64,000 nt of DNA. Source: an uncultured Lactobacillales bacterium. GTDB taxonomy: Bacteria > Pseudomonadota > Alphaproteobacteria > CAAHEQ01 > UBA3637. Of the stretch, positions 26,205-37,036 are shown piece after piece. The position numbers and the translations under genes are program-made. Within the stretch, counting starts at the first letter, position 1. The number at the start of each line of letters is the position of its first letter. The notes under the pieces were generated by a model that did not search any database, was not told the origin of the DNA, and was given only the letters and a program-made list of their open reading frames with translations. Location of the stretch: assembly GCA_964643615.1 (NCBI GenBank), contig CAZXTR010000002.1:937-64936 (forward strand). Reading direction: 5' to 3'.

Positions 26205-27874
26205 GAATGCAATCCATCTTTTGACTTGTCTTCGCCTTCTTGCTTTTGTTGAGTTGCGGGTGTAAGTGTCGGTAAGACTGTTGATGGAGTTGCATCTACA
26301 TATGGTGGGTTTTTATTTTTATTGTTTTGCCCGTAAATGCTGACTTGGTTTCGGCCGTTTTCTTTCGATGCATATAACGCTGAATCGGCGTATTTCGTTA
26401 ATTCTTCCAAATCATTAGATGTTGATGATTCTACAATTCCAAGGCTAATGGTAAAACGCACCTCTTGCGTATCAGTTTGAACTCGTAAATTGCTTGCCGC
26501 TTGACGAATCCTTTCTGCTATAGCAAACCCCTTTTGAATAGTTGTTTTGGGAAGGAAAATAATGAATTCTTCCCCGCCATATCGCGCAAAAATATCGCAT
26601 GAACGAAGATTTTGTTGGCAGGTGTTGGCTAAAGCCTTTAATACTTCATCACCGCAGGCGTGACCATAAGTATCATTGACTTTTTTAAAAAAGTCAATGT
26701 CAAACATAATTACACAACTTGGCGCATGTATTTGCCAAGATTGGGTTAATTCTTTTTTCGCTAAAGTTTGGAATTGACGGCGATTGTAACAACCAGTTAA
26801 AGGATCTTTGACGGCCTTTTCAAATAAATCTTGTTCGTGTTGTTTTTGATTCGTAACATCTTTAAATGCTGTGTACAAAGCAACTTCGTTGTCCCAATCA
26901 ATAACCCGAGCAGACATTTCTAACCAAAAGTTTTCTTGCGTCCCTGGCTTTCTGAGCAAAGCTTGAAAGTTTTCAACAATTGGTGTCTTTGATAATTGGC
27001 TCAACAATTTTTTCCGGGCGTTTGGGTCGACAAAATATTCCTCTGTTTTGAATTTTCTTGGGTCACGCATGTTGATATTAAATAGAATGCTGGCCTTTTC
27101 ATTAACAAGCATTAAACTGTCATCTTTTAATTGAGAAATAATAATTGGGAAGGGGGAAGCTTGGATAATCTGAGGGGTTCTTTCTTTACTTGTTCGTAGT
27201 TCTTTTTGCAAAGCAAGGTTCTTTTCTTTTAATAACGAAAGTGAGGATAAAATAATGCAAAAAACAAGTAAGAAATACAGAAGAGTTTCTATCTCCCATG
27301 CCCGAATCTCTGTAGCTATTCCAAATGGGGTGACAATAATAAGGTAATAAAGTGCAAGTGTTAAAATCGCAAGTCCTGGTCCCTTTAGAAATTGCTTTGT
27401 GCGGTTTATTGGTAAAATAAAACAGCCGCCTAAAAAAACAAGGCCAGATACAAGATAAATGGATGGTAAAATATTTTGCCACGAAGAGTCAACGTGTAAT
27501 GCAGTGACGGCAGAACCTACCATCGCAATTAAACAAACGAATAAAACCCATCCGGTCCCAATGAATTTGAATTTTTTTAACGATTGTAATCCACCTACAA
27601 TCATTAAAACGACAGCTGTTGATTGAATAAAAATAGTAACTGTTCTGGTAAGATCATCGGGTAATGTTACGAAGCCCTTCTCCTTGAAAGTAAAAACAAA
27701 GATAGAAAATAAATTTTTAATGGCTAAAAACGTAAAGCCTAATGAAGCGCATGTTAAATCGTTTTTACTCTTTTCTTCATCATTACCTAGGAAAAATAAA
27801 GCAAAAGCTACAACGATTCCGCCGAATAATTCTGGAAAATAAAGACTCATCATCGTAAAAAACTTCTCTGGCAT
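26201..27874 (-). CDS. Membrane-anchored PAS-GGDEF diguanylate cyclase
   Basis: Multi-TM N-terminal region, a PAS-like segment, a canonical RYGGEEF active site and an RSCD (RxxD) I-site. Confidence 0.8.
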   Translation of the reverse strand: MPEKFFTMMSLYFPELFGGIVVAFALFFLGNDEEKSKNDLTCASLGFTFLAIKNLFSIFVFTFKEKGFVTLPDDLTRTVTIFIQSTAVVLMIVGGLQSLKKFKFIGTGWVLFVCLIAMVGSAVTALHVDSSWQNILPSIYLVSGLVFLGGCFILPINRTKQFLKGPGLAILTLALYYLIIVTPFGIATEIRAWEIETLLYFLLVFCIILSSLSLLKEKNLALQKELRTSKERTPQIIQASPFPIIISQLKDDSLMLVNEKASILFNINMRDPRKFKTEEYFVDPNARKKLLSQLSKTPIVENFQALLRKPGTQENFWLEMSARVIDWDNEVALYTAFKDVTNQKQHEQDLFEKAVKDPLTGCYNRRQFQTLAKKELTQSWQIHAPSCVIMFDIDFFKKVNDTYGHACGDEVLKALANTCQQNLRSCDIFARYGGEEFIIFLPKTTIQKGFAIAERIRQAASNLRVQTDTQEVRFTISLGIVESSTSNDLEELTKYADSALYASKENGRNQVSIYGQNNKNKNPPYVDATPSTVLPTLTPATQQKQEGEDKSKDGLHS

Positions 27875-27956
27875 TTTTTGTCCTTTGGGTGGAAATTTAA
27901 AATTTTCTCCATTGTAAAGTCTTTTATTAAAAAATCAAAGTTTTTTTATATCAACT

Positions 27957-27985
27957 CTTGCAAAATACAGTGGTGCGCATTATAT
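27957..27985 (+). promoter_or_regulatory. Putative RpoH (sigma32)-type heat-shock promoter upstream of dnaK
   Basis: CTTG-N17-CATTATAT resembles the alphaproteobacterial sigma32 consensus CTTG-N17-CYTATNT. It lies about 35 nt upstream of the dnaK start. Confidence 0.35.
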
Positions 27986-28019
27986 TTTTTCAAAACTTGG
28001 CAGAAAAGGAGAAAAGAAA

Positions 28020-29960
28020 ATGAGCAAAGTAATAGGTATTGATTTAGGAACAACAAACTCTTGTGTCGCTATTATGGAAGGAAAAGACGAAAAAGTTTTG
28101 GAAAATCGTGAAGGTTCAAGAACAACCCCGTCTATGGTCGCTTTTACAAAAAAAGAAGAACGCTTGGTAGGACAACCTGCAAAACGTCAAGCGGTGACTA
28201 ATCCGGAAGGAACGCTGTTTGCAATTAAAAGATTAATGGGTCGGCGTTATAATGATAAAGTTGTGGCCAAAGATAAAAACCTGGTTCCTTATCATATTGT
28301 ATCTGGGGATAATGGTGATGCTTGGGTAGAAGTAGGTAACAAAAAATATGCTCCTTCACAAATTTCAGCTTTTATTTTGCAAAAGCTGAAAGAAGATGCT
28401 GAAGCTTATTTGGGTGAGCCTGTAACACAGGCCGTGATTACAGTTCCTGCCTATTTTGATGATTCGCAACGTCAAGCAACAAAGGATGCTGGTAAAATTG
28501 CAGGCTTGGAAGTGTTGCGTATTATTAACGAACCTACGGCTGCTGCGTTGGCGTATGGTTTAGAAAAGAAAAATTCTGGCACAATTGTGGTTTATGATTT
28601 GGGGGGTGGGACGTTTGATGTGTCTGTATTGGAAATTGGCGATGGTGTCTTTGAAGTGAAATCTACAAATGGAGATACGTTCCTTGGTGGTGAAGATTTT
28701 GACATGCGTATTATCTCATATTTAGCTGACGAGTTTAAAAAAGAACAGGGCATTGACTTGCGCCAAGATAAACTTGCTTTGCAACGCTTGAAAGAAGCTG
28801 CTGAAAAAGCCAAAATCGAATTGTCTAGTACTGAACAAACAGAGGTCAATTTGCCTTTTATTACCGCGGATGCTTCGGGACCAAAGCATTTGAATGTTAC
28901 AATGACGCGGGCAAAGTTAGAAAGTTTGGTTTTCGATTTGTTGGAAAAGACGAAAAAGCCAATTGATAATGCGTTGAAAGATGCTGGTGTGTCACCAAAA
29001 GACATTAATGAAGTCGTTTTGGTGGGAGGTATGACTCGTATGCCTGCTGTACAACAATTGGTTAAAGATTATTTTGGAAAAGAGCCGCACAAAGGTGTGA
29101 ACCCAGATGAAGTGGTTGCTGTTGGAGCGGCCATTCAAGGGGGTGTTTTAAAGGGTGATGTGAAAGATGTTTTGTTGTTAGATGTTACGCCGTTGTCTCT
29201 TGGAATTGAAACGTTGGGTGGAGTCTTTACACGCTTAATTGATCGCAATACGACTATTCCAACACGCAAATCGCAGGTTTTTTCGACAGCTGAAGATGGA
29301 CAAACGGCTGTGACCATTCGTATTTTCCAAGGTGAACGAGAAATGACAGTAGATAATAAATTATTGGGGCAATTTGATTTGGTCGGAATTCCTCCTGCAC
29401 CACGAGGCATGCCACAAATTGAAGTTACTTTCGATATTGATGCTAACGGTATTGTGAACGTGTCGGCTAAAGATAAAGCTACAGGAAAAGAACAAGCTAT
29501 TCGAGTGCAAGCGTCGGGTGGATTGAAAGATTCTGATATCGAGAAAATGGTGAAAGATGCTGAACAACATGCTGATGAAGATAAAAAGAAACGTGAGTTA
29601 ATTGAAGCTAAAAACAAAGCTGAATCTATGATTCACCAAACCGAAAAAACGTTGAAGGATTTAGGGGATAAGGTTTCTTCTTCCGACAAAGAAAATATCG
29701 AAAAGGCGATGAAAGAATTAAAATCTGTTTCTGAATCGGATAACTTGGATGATATCAATAATAAAACGGAAGAATTAATGAATGTTTCAATGAAATTGGG
29801 GGAAGCTTTGTATAAACAAGAACAAGCACAAGCACAAGCTCAACCTCAGCCTCAAGGAGAAACTGGAAGTGCTGAACAACATCAACAAGACCAGACTTCT
29901 GGAGATAATAAACAAGGCGAAGAAACAATTGACGCAGACTTCGAAGAGGTTAAAAAGTAA
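28020..29960 (+). CDS. dnaK: Molecular chaperone DnaK (Hsp70)
   Basis: [21 protein letters not shown], and full Hsp70 architecture. Confidence 0.97.
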   Translation: MSKVIGIDLGTTNSCVAIMEGKDEKVLENREGSRTTPSMVAFTKKEERLVGQPAKRQAVTNPEGTLFAIKRLMGRRYNDKVVAKDKNLVPYHIVSGDNGDAWVEVGNKKYAPSQISAFILQKLKEDAEAYLGEPVTQAVITVPAYFDDSQRQATKDAGKIAGLEVLRIINEPTAAALAYGLEKKNSGTIVVYDLGGGTFDVSVLEIGDGVFEVKSTNGDTFLGGEDFDMRIISYLADEFKKEQGIDLRQDKLALQRLKEAAEKAKIELSSTEQTEVNLPFITADASGPKHLNVTMTRAKLESLVFDLLEKTKKPIDNALKDAGVSPKDINEVVLVGGMTRMPAVQQLVKDYFGKEPHKGVNPDEVVAVGAAIQGGVLKGDVKDVLLLDVTPLSLGIETLGGVFTRLIDRNTTIPTRKSQVFSTAEDGQTAVTIRIFQGEREMTVDNKLLGQFDLVGIPPAPRGMPQIEVTFDIDANGIVNVSAKDKATGKEQAIRVQASGGLKDSDIEKMVKDAEQHADEDKKKRELIEAKNKAESMIHQTEKTLKDLGDKVSSSDKENIEKAMKELKSVSESDNLDDINNKTEELMNVSMKLGEALYKQEQAQAQAQPQPQGETGSAEQHQQDQTSGDNKQGEETIDADFEEVKK

Positions 29961-29987
29961 AGATTTTTCCCTTTTGTTTTTATTTTT

Positions 29988-30017
29988 AAGCCCCGTATTT
30001 TGCGGGGCTTATTTCAT
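29988..30017 (+). terminator. Stem-loop (attenuator or terminator) between dnaK and dnaJ
   Basis: AAGCCCCG-tattttg-CGGGGCTT, a perfect 8-bp GC-rich stem, followed by a T-rich tail. Confidence 0.5.
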
Positions 30018-30082
30018 AAAATATTTATTAAAGAGGCTTTTTTATTGCAAGTAATACCTATCTATGTTAGAAGGACGTCACT

Positions 30083-31204
30083 ATGGGAACAAAAAAAGAT
30101 TATTATGAAGTTTTAGGCGTATCACGTTTAGCTTCTTTTACCGAAATCAAATCGGCATATAGGAATATGGCGAAGCAGTGTCATCCTGATTTACACCAAG
30201 GAGATAGTACGGCAGAATTACGGTTTAAAGAAATTAGTGAAGCTTATGAAGTCTTAGGAGATGAACAAAAAAAGTCGGCTTATGACCGCTTTGGGCATTC
30301 GGCTTTTGAACAAAACGCAGGTCATGGATTCGGTGGTTTTAATTTTTCTGGAGGTGGCTTTTCTGATTTCTTTGAAGATGTTTTTAATGGTTTTATGGGG
30401 GGGCAAACAACATCTTCAAATGCCGAGGAAGGTTTACGTGGCGCAGATATTCGTTATGATTTAGAAGTTTCTTTAAAAGAAGCTTTTACTGGAGTTAAAA
30501 AGAAAATCGAATTTTCGACTTTAGGTGTTTGTCAAGAATGTCAAGGGCAAGGTGGTTTTGGGGTTGAGGCTTGTTCGACTTGTGGTGGTTGTGGGCGTGT
30601 TCGACGCCAAAAAGGTTTCTTTTTAATGGAAACGATATGTTCTTTTTGTGGTGGCACAGGGAAAACGGTGAAAAAGGTTTGCTCTAACTGTAAGGGGGTT
30701 GGGCGAATTAAAGCATCAAAAACTTTGGAAATTTCTGTCCCCGCAGGAGTGGAAACTGGTGTTCGTATGCGTCTTGCAGGGGAAGGAGAAGCGGGGAAAA
30801 AGGGTGGTGCATCTGGAGATCTTTATGTTTTCATTACTGTGAAAGAACATAACTTTTTTCGGCGTGATGGCAAAAATCTTTTTTGTTCCGTCCCTATCCC
30901 TATGGTGATCGCGGCTCTTGGTGGCACTATTGAAATACCAACCATTGGTGGCGAAAAAGAAACAATTAAAATTCCAACGGGGATGCAACAGGGGTATGAA
31001 GTGAAATTACGTAATCGTGGAATGCCTGTGCTCCGTAGTTCTTTCTTTGGTGATTTGTTTGTGCGTGTTGATGTTGAAACTCCAGTTAATTTGAATAAAC
31101 GACAAAGAGAATTATTACAAGAATTCGAAAAAGAAGGACAAAATAGCCCGACATCCAATGATTTTTGGAATGGGATTAAAAAGTTTTTTGAAGATTTATC
31201 TTGA
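30083..31204 (+). CDS. dnaJ: Co-chaperone DnaJ (Hsp40)
   Basis: J-domain with HPD, a G/F-rich region, and four CxxCxGxG zinc-finger repeats. Confidence 0.96.
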   Translation: MGTKKDYYEVLGVSRLASFTEIKSAYRNMAKQCHPDLHQGDSTAELRFKEISEAYEVLGDEQKKSAYDRFGHSAFEQNAGHGFGGFNFSGGGFSDFFEDVFNGFMGGQTTSSNAEEGLRGADIRYDLEVSLKEAFTGVKKKIEFSTLGVCQECQGQGGFGVEACSTCGGCGRVRRQKGFFLMETICSFCGGTGKTVKKVCSNCKGVGRIKASKTLEISVPAGVETGVRMRLAGEGEAGKKGGASGDLYVFITVKEHNFFRRDGKNLFCSVPIPMVIAALGGTIEIPTIGGEKETIKIPTGMQQGYEVKLRNRGMPVLRSSFFGDLFVRVDVETPVNLNKRQRELLQEFEKEGQNSPTSNDFWNGIKKFFEDLS

Positions 31205-31271
31205 TCTGAGTTTAAAAATAATTGTTCTGTTGTTTTGTCGCCAACGTTTGTGTTTTCTGTTATTAAAAATA

Positions 31272-31302
31272 ATCCCCCATCAAAATGGCGGGGGATTTTT
31301 TA
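31272..31302. terminator. Rho-independent terminator in the gap between the convergent dnaJ and dsbA-like genes
   Basis: ATCCCCC...GGGGGAT stem followed by TTTTTT. Confidence 0.55.
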
Positions 31303-31327
31303 TGTATTTATAGCACAATCAATTATA

Positions 31328-32134
31328 CTATTTTTGATTTGCAATTTCTTCTAATTTTTCGATTGGGAATGCACCTGGTTGAACTTGCCCATTGATGATG
31401 AACATTGGAACTCCACCCATTTGCATTTTCTTTGTATAAGTTGCATTTTTTGCTAACTTTGCAGAGATTTCTTCGGAATTAGCATCTTTCTTTAACTTTT
31501 TAGTATCCAATCCTAATTTTTGACCAATAGCAACCAAACCCTCTTCATTTACTTTTGCTCCTGGAGCCCCAACAGCTTCATGGAATTCTTTGAATTTCCC
31601 TTGTTTGTTTGCAGCATAGGCATATTTAGAAATGATAGAGGATTGATCTCCAAAGATAGGCGTATCAACCAAAATCCAGCGAATGTCTTTATTCTTTTTC
31701 ACAGCTTCTGCCATAGACGCATTCATACGTTTGCAATATCCACAGTTGTAATCAAAAAATTCAATAACAACGAGTTTCCCTTTTGGATTGCCTAAGACTG
31801 TATTGCTTTTATCATTAACGATTTCATTAACGACTTCCTTTGGCGCTATAGGTTTTGGGCGGTTGGCTTCTTGTTTCTTTTGAAAAGCATCAAGACTTTG
31901 AATCAAAACTTCAGGATTGTCTATGATGAATTTTTTCAATTGCTCGTTTTGATTCTCATCGACAACTGTACCAGGAGTCTTTTTCCCACAACAATGAGAA
32001 AATGCCCCAAACAATAGCGGAGATATAATAACCGCTACGGCGATAATAATGGCGGAAATAAAGAGAGTCTTCGCAATTTCTGCCATGCAATTGCAATCGC
32101 ATTTGCAATCTTTGTTTTCTTTAGAATGAACCAT
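31328..32134 (-). CDS. DsbA-family thiol:disulfide oxidoreductase (Com1-like 27-kDa outer-membrane protein family)
   Basis: Thioredoxin fold with a CGYC active site (FDYNCGYCKRM), and an N-terminal membrane anchor. Confidence 0.8.
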   Translation of the reverse strand: MVHSKENKDCKCDCNCMAEIAKTLFISAIIIAVAVIISPLLFGAFSHCCGKKTPGTVVDENQNEQLKKFIIDNPEVLIQSLDAFQKKQEANRPKPIAPKEVVNEIVNDKSNTVLGNPKGKLVVIEFFDYNCGYCKRMNASMAEAVKKNKDIRWILVDTPIFGDQSSIISKYAYAANKQGKFKEFHEAVGAPGAKVNEEGLVAIGQKLGLDTKKLKKDANSEEISAKLAKNATYTKKMQMGGVPMFIINGQVQPGAFPIEKLEEIANQK

Positions 32135-32332
32135 TTTTTTCTCCTTTATTAAAAATGTTTAGCAAGGACACATTTTGCATGAAAAAAAAAAAGAATCAAG
32201 ACCCTTTTTTATTTTTTATAAGTCAATATTGTGACAAATTGCAAAAATAAACACCAAAATCTTGTGCTCCTAAAGGATTTTACCTAAAACGGTATCTGGG
32301 TATTTATTATAGAGAAAAAGGAGTGTTTTTCC

Positions 32333-33571
32333 ATGTGTTTAAAGAGATTTAAAAAATTAATTTTTATGCTTTGTGCTTGGTGTTTTATCCAACCTGTTTT
32401 GGGAGCAGGGTTTCAATTGTCAGAATACAGTGTGACTCATTTAGGGCGTGCATTTTCTGGCGCGGGTGTTGTTGGAGATGATTATTCCTCCATCGCTTTT
32501 AATCCTGCGGGGATGGGATTGAAAAATTCCGGAGCGCAAATGGGCGCGACTCTTATTGCTATTAAAGCGAGCGTAAAAGGAGAAACCGTTAATGGTTTAA
32601 TTACGTCGGGCAAGGAAGGAAGTATTCGACTATACAGTTTTATTCCACATGCTTTTACGCAGTATCGCTTTAATGAAAAATGGGTTGTTGGATTGGGGAT
32701 TTATGCTCCTTTTGGCCTATCAACAAATTATAATAATGATTGGTTTGGACGTACACATGCGCTTAAATCGTATGTTAGTGCAATGGATATTGCTCCTAGT
32801 TTTTCTTATCAAGTCACGGATCAGTTTTTTGTAGGCAGTTCTTTTGTTTTAGAAAGAGCTAATGCCGAGTTGACGAATCGGTTACCCTCAGCTTGGGACG
32901 GTGAAAACAAAGTACGAGGAGATGATTGGACAATGGGATATCAAGTCGGTGTTATGTATCGTCCTCAAAAAGATACACGATTTGGTTTAGACTATCGTTC
33001 TAAATTCGTGCACGATCTGCGAGGAAAGCACAAAGTTACAGGATCTAAGGAATTTGGGGGTATGTTTAAAAATGGATATACTGCCGGTTCTGCCAAATTG
33101 ACGTTGCCTGAACATGTTTTATTTTCTACCTATCACAAAGTTAACAAATTTGGGTTGTCTGCGTCGGCAAAATGGACTCGATGGAGTCGTTTTAAAAATT
33201 TAGACGTTTATTCTTCTAATTTTGTTGGCGGATATTCAAGGACAACAGAAAATTGGGAAGATGTGTGGATGTTGAGCGTTGGGTTGGATTATCATTACAA
33301 TAATAATTGGACTTTTAGATGTGGTTTTGCGTTTGATGAATCTCCAGTCAAAAATCCAACTTACAGAACCGCACGTATCCCAGATAATGACCATTGGCTG
33401 ACCTCTGTTGGATTAAGTTATTATCGTGAAAATGTCCAAATTGATGCTGGCTATACACATATTTATATTCCCCCTTCTAGAACATATAATGTTGCATCGG
33501 GTTCAACGTTGGATGCGAAGTATAATATGCAAGCGAATTTGTTAGGGGTTCAAATGCAATATCACTTTTGA
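32333..33571 (+). CDS. fadL: FadL/OmpP1/TodX-family outer-membrane transporter of hydrophobic compounds
   Basis: Signal peptide, an N-terminal AGFQLSEYS...NPAGM hatch motif, and a beta-barrel with an aromatic C-terminus (QYHF). Confidence 0.8.
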   Translation: MCLKRFKKLIFMLCAWCFIQPVLGAGFQLSEYSVTHLGRAFSGAGVVGDDYSSIAFNPAGMGLKNSGAQMGATLIAIKASVKGETVNGLITSGKEGSIRLYSFIPHAFTQYRFNEKWVVGLGIYAPFGLSTNYNNDWFGRTHALKSYVSAMDIAPSFSYQVTDQFFVGSSFVLERANAELTNRLPSAWDGENKVRGDDWTMGYQVGVMYRPQKDTRFGLDYRSKFVHDLRGKHKVTGSKEFGGMFKNGYTAGSAKLTLPEHVLFSTYHKVNKFGLSASAKWTRWSRFKNLDVYSSNFVGGYSRTTENWEDVWMLSVGLDYHYNNNWTFRCGFAFDESPVKNPTYRTARIPDNDHWLTSVGLSYYRENVQIDAGYTHIYIPPSRTYNVASGSTLDAKYNMQANLLGVQMQYHF

Positions 33572-33634
33572 TAAGTGACGCTTTGTCTTTCTTTGTAAGA
33601 AAAATTCGTTTTTTTACGTTTAAATAAAAAAACT

Positions 33635-33662
33635 TTGCAATTTTTTGGAATTTGTTTATAGT
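33635..33662 (+). promoter_or_regulatory. Candidate sigma70 promoter for yajC-secDF (TTGCAA-16 nt-TATAGT)
   Basis: The hexamers are spaced 16 nt apart and sit about 35 nt upstream of the yajC start. Confidence 0.4.
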
Positions 33663-33692
33663 AGGGCCGTCGTTAATGATTAGTTAAGAGGT

Positions 33693-34058
33693 TTGAAAAT
33701 GTTTATTACTTCTGCGATGGCCCAGGTTGCAAACCAACCTGAAACAGTGGATGCGGCTACGTCTAATTCAGGGATGCGCATTCTTTTACAGTTGTTGGTT
33801 ATCTTTTTTATTTTTTATTTGTTTTTGATTCGCCCTCAACAAAAAAGGGCTAAAGAACATAACAGAATGTTGAATTCTATTACCAAGGGCACTCAAGTTG
33901 TTTTTGGGGGGGTGGTTGGCAAGGTTATGCAAGTTTTGAACGAACAAGAAGTTTTAGTTGAAATTTCTACGGGAGTTCAAGTCAAAGTCCTGCGTTCCTT
34001 TATTTCTCAAGTTGTGCAGGATATGGACGTTATTCAAGATAAATCGAAGGCGTCCTAA
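33693..34058 (+). CDS. yajC: Preprotein translocase subunit YajC. The probable start is the ATG at 33699.
   Basis: A single TM helix and the ...IRPQQKR..E...M...L..G..V.T.GG..G.V YajC signature. It lies upstream of secD. Confidence 0.85.
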   Translation: MKMFITSAMAQVANQPETVDAATSNSGMRILLQLLVIFFIFYLFLIRPQQKRAKEHNRMLNSITKGTQVVFGGVVGKVMQVLNEQEVLVEISTGVQVKVLRSFISQVVQDMDVIQDKSKAS

Positions 34059-34084
34059 AAGTAATAATGGAAGGGTTTTAAAAT

Positions 34085-35644
34085 ATGTTTGGTTATCCTA
34101 AATGGTCAGCGTGGATTGTTACAGTTATTTCTTGTTTTGGATTGTTTTTTGCAATTCCTAATATGTTACCAAAGTCTGTGTATGATAAAGTTCCCACATT
34201 TATGCAATCGTGGTGGCATCCTATGATGCTAGGATTGGATTTACAAGGTGGTTCTCATTTGTTGTTGGAAGTACAAATGAATTCTTTGGTGGATGAACGA
34301 TTGAATTCTTTGGCGGATTCTGTTCGGACTTCTTTTCGCCAAAAAAGAATTAAATTTTCGGGATTAAGTGTAGAAAATGGTGCGATGAAGGTTAAAATTT
34401 TAAATGCCGATGATTTATACAATGCAAAAGCTTTGATACAAGAACAAGAAAAAAATATTTTTGAAGTGAACTCCCAAAATAATGAATTAAATGTTACTTA
34501 TACAGATGTTGCTTTGACCGCTTTAAAGGCGCGCGCCATTGATCAATCTATTGAAATTGTGCGTAAGAGGGTAGATGAGCTGGGAACAAAAGAACCCTCT
34601 ATTCAAAGACAAGGTTCGGATAGAATAGTTTTACAATTGCCGGGGATCCAAGATCCTGCAGAAGTCAAAGCTTTGTTGGGAAAAACAGCAAAAATGGCCT
34701 TCCATTTGGTTGATGAAGAAACTTCTTTGCAGGATGCTCGACGTGGAAAGATCCCTTCTGATTCAATGTTAATGTCCGGCGACGAATCGTTGGTTTTAAA
34801 GCGTGCTGTCGTTGTTGGTGGAGATCGATTGGAAGATGCTTCTGCAACTTATGGTGAAGGAAATCGTCCTGTTGTTCACTTTTCTTTTGATTCTGTGGGT
34901 ACAAAGGCTTTTGGGAAAGCGACTCGCGACAATGTTGGTCGTCGTTTGGCCATTGTTTTGGATGGACAAATTATTTCTGCCCCCGTTATTGAAAGCGCAA
35001 TTATAGGTGGAGACGGTATTATTTCCGGGAATTTTACTATTGAATCGGCGAATGGTTTAGCTCTGATGTTGCGTTCTGGGGCTTTGCCTGCTCCGTTAGA
35101 AGTTGTCGAGGAAAGAACTGTTGGCGCAGGATTAGGGACGGATTCAATTCAAGCAGGAAGCATTGCTTGCTTTATTGGTGCAATTCTTGTCTTTGTTTTT
35201 ATGTTCCTTGTTTATGGTCGTTTTGGATTGTTTGCAAATCTGGCTTTAGTAGTGAATGTTTTATTGTTAGTTGGATTATTGAGTGGTTTGGGGGCTACCT
35301 TAACCTTGCCAGGTTTAGCTGGTATTGTTTTGACAATAGGTATGGCTGTCGATTCGAATATTTTGATTTATGCTAGAATGAGGGATGAAATTAAACTAGG
35401 TCGCTCACCATTGCAAGTTATTAATGCTGGATTTGAAAATTCATTTTCGGCGATTTTTGATGCTCAGATTACGACTTTTTTTGCAGCCGCGGTTTTATTC
35501 TTTATGGGCTCTGGACCTATTAAAGGGTTTAGCGTTACTTTAGGTTTAGGAGTTATCACGTCTTTATTTACAGCTGTGATGATTACAAAATTTTTGATCA
35601 TGATTTGGTACACAGTTAAAAAACCAAAAACAATTGAAGTATAG
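34085..35644 (+). CDS. secD: Protein translocase subunit SecD
   Basis: Large periplasmic domain and a C-terminal 6-TM bundle. Full-length SecD in a yajC-secD-secF operon. Confidence 0.93.
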   Translation: MFGYPKWSAWIVTVISCFGLFFAIPNMLPKSVYDKVPTFMQSWWHPMMLGLDLQGGSHLLLEVQMNSLVDERLNSLADSVRTSFRQKRIKFSGLSVENGAMKVKILNADDLYNAKALIQEQEKNIFEVNSQNNELNVTYTDVALTALKARAIDQSIEIVRKRVDELGTKEPSIQRQGSDRIVLQLPGIQDPAEVKALLGKTAKMAFHLVDEETSLQDARRGKIPSDSMLMSGDESLVLKRAVVVGGDRLEDASATYGEGNRPVVHFSFDSVGTKAFGKATRDNVGRRLAIVLDGQIISAPVIESAIIGGDGIISGNFTIESANGLALMLRSGALPAPLEVVEERTVGAGLGTDSIQAGSIACFIGAILVFVFMFLVYGRFGLFANLALVVNVLLLVGLLSGLGATLTLPGLAGIVLTIGMAVDSNILIYARMRDEIKLGRSPLQVINAGFENSFSAIFDAQITTFFAAAVLFFMGSGPIKGFSVTLGLGVITSLFTAVMITKFLIMIWYTVKKPKTIEV

Positions 35645-35646
35645 GA

Positions 35647-36636
35647 ATGAATATGAAAAATATTTTTAAGTTTCAACCTTCTCGGTTTATTAATTTTGTT
35701 GGACAAAGCAAGTATGCTTTTATTGTCGCGCTTATTTTAATTTTTGTCACAATTACGTCATTAGTGAAAAATGGTTTGAACTATGGAATTGACTTTTTAG
35801 GGGGTGTTTTAATCGAAGTGGAAAATACCGAAGTTATTGACATGGCGGACATGCGTGCAAAGACAGATCAATTGAATATAGGCGAAGTTAATTTGCAATC
35901 TTTAGGAATTTCCGGCAAAGAGATGATTATTAATGTTTCTGCAAATCCAAATGATGAAGGGGCTCAAGCTAGAGTCGTTTCTCAATTGAAAGAAACTTTG
36001 GGGCCAAATGTTGAATATCGTCGCGTTGAAGTCGTTGGACCAAAAGTAGGCGACGAATTGTTTAAGAAAAGTTTTTGGGCGTCCGTGTTCGCTTTGTTGG
36101 CAATTTCTATTTACATTTGGATTCGTTTTGAGTGGCAATTTTCTTTTGTTTGTTTGCTTGCTTTAGGATTTGATTTGTTTATTACTGTAGGACTTTTTTC
36201 GTTAACCGGTTTGGACTTTAACATGACTGTTATTGCTGGATTGCTATCTTTGGCTGGGTATACAACAAATGATAAAGTTGTCAATTTTGACCGTGTTCGT
36301 GAAAATTTAAAACTTTATCGTAAAATGCCCACTCCAGATTTATTGAACAAAAGTTTGAACGACACGTTATCCAGAACTTTATTAACTTCTATTACGACGA
36401 TGTTGGTTTTGGTTGTGTTGTTGCTTTTAGGGGGGTCAACGTTGGCTTGTTTTTCAATTTGTCTTTTGTTTGGTATTGTTGTGGGGACGCTTTCTTCCAT
36501 TTATCTTGCGGTTCCATTACTTCGGTTCTTTAATATTCGTACTATTGGAGCAAGGGCGACAGAAATTGGGCCCTATGCTGAAGCCGCGCAGTTCGAATTA
36601 AAAGCAAAAGAAGAGGGTGTGAAAAATAATCTTTGA
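35647..36636 (+). CDS. secF: Protein translocase subunit SecF
   Basis: SecF architecture, immediately after secD. Confidence 0.92.
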   Translation: MNMKNIFKFQPSRFINFVGQSKYAFIVALILIFVTITSLVKNGLNYGIDFLGGVLIEVENTEVIDMADMRAKTDQLNIGEVNLQSLGISGKEMIINVSANPNDEGAQARVVSQLKETLGPNVEYRRVEVVGPKVGDELFKKSFWASVFALLAISIYIWIRFEWQFSFVCLLALGFDLFITVGLFSLTGLDFNMTVIAGLLSLAGYTTNDKVVNFDRVRENLKLYRKMPTPDLLNKSLNDTLSRTLLTSITTMLVLVVLLLLGGSTLACFSICLLFGIVVGTLSSIYLAVPLLRFFNIRTIGARATEIGPYAEAAQFELKAKEEGVKNNL

Positions 36637-36691
36637 TTTTTCTTTGAAATGAATTAGTATCAAAGTTGCTTCTTTTTTATAAGGTGATGAT

Positions 36692-37003
36692 ATGGTGGAA
36701 GTCATAGTTGAACAGATAAGTGGATACGATGTTTTGCAAAATGCAGAAGGCGAGCTTTTGATTGCTATTCGTGCTCGTATGGAAAACGCTGAGAATCCGC
36801 GTGTTTTATATGATGGGAAAAAACAGGCCGTTTTTTATCGTAATTCGAAACAGACAATTGTATTGGACAAAATTCCAGAGAAATTTTCACACGCATTGAT
36901 GCAAGTTCCTCAAGTTTTATTTGTTGAAGTTCAAGATGAGACAGTTATTCGGGAATATGTCGCTCCTGTTTTAAGTGTCCCTGTTATTCCCCGCGTTGGA
37001 TAA
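36692..37003 (+). CDS. Small hypothetical protein (103 aa)
   Basis: Intact ORF downstream of secF with no recognisable motif. Confidence 0.35.
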   Translation: MVEVIVEQISGYDVLQNAEGELLIAIRARMENAENPRVLYDGKKQAVFYRNSKQTIVLDKIPEKFSHALMQVPQVLFVEVQDETVIREYVAPVLSVPVIPRVG

Positions 37004-37036
37004 AAATTGCACACCGCGCTCTATTCCCTTTTTTTG

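Noticed and set aside
28592-29617. Minus-strand ORFs of 137 and 160 aa inside dnaK
   Set aside because: They are antisense to a highly conserved Hsp70 coding region, so the long open frames arise by chance.
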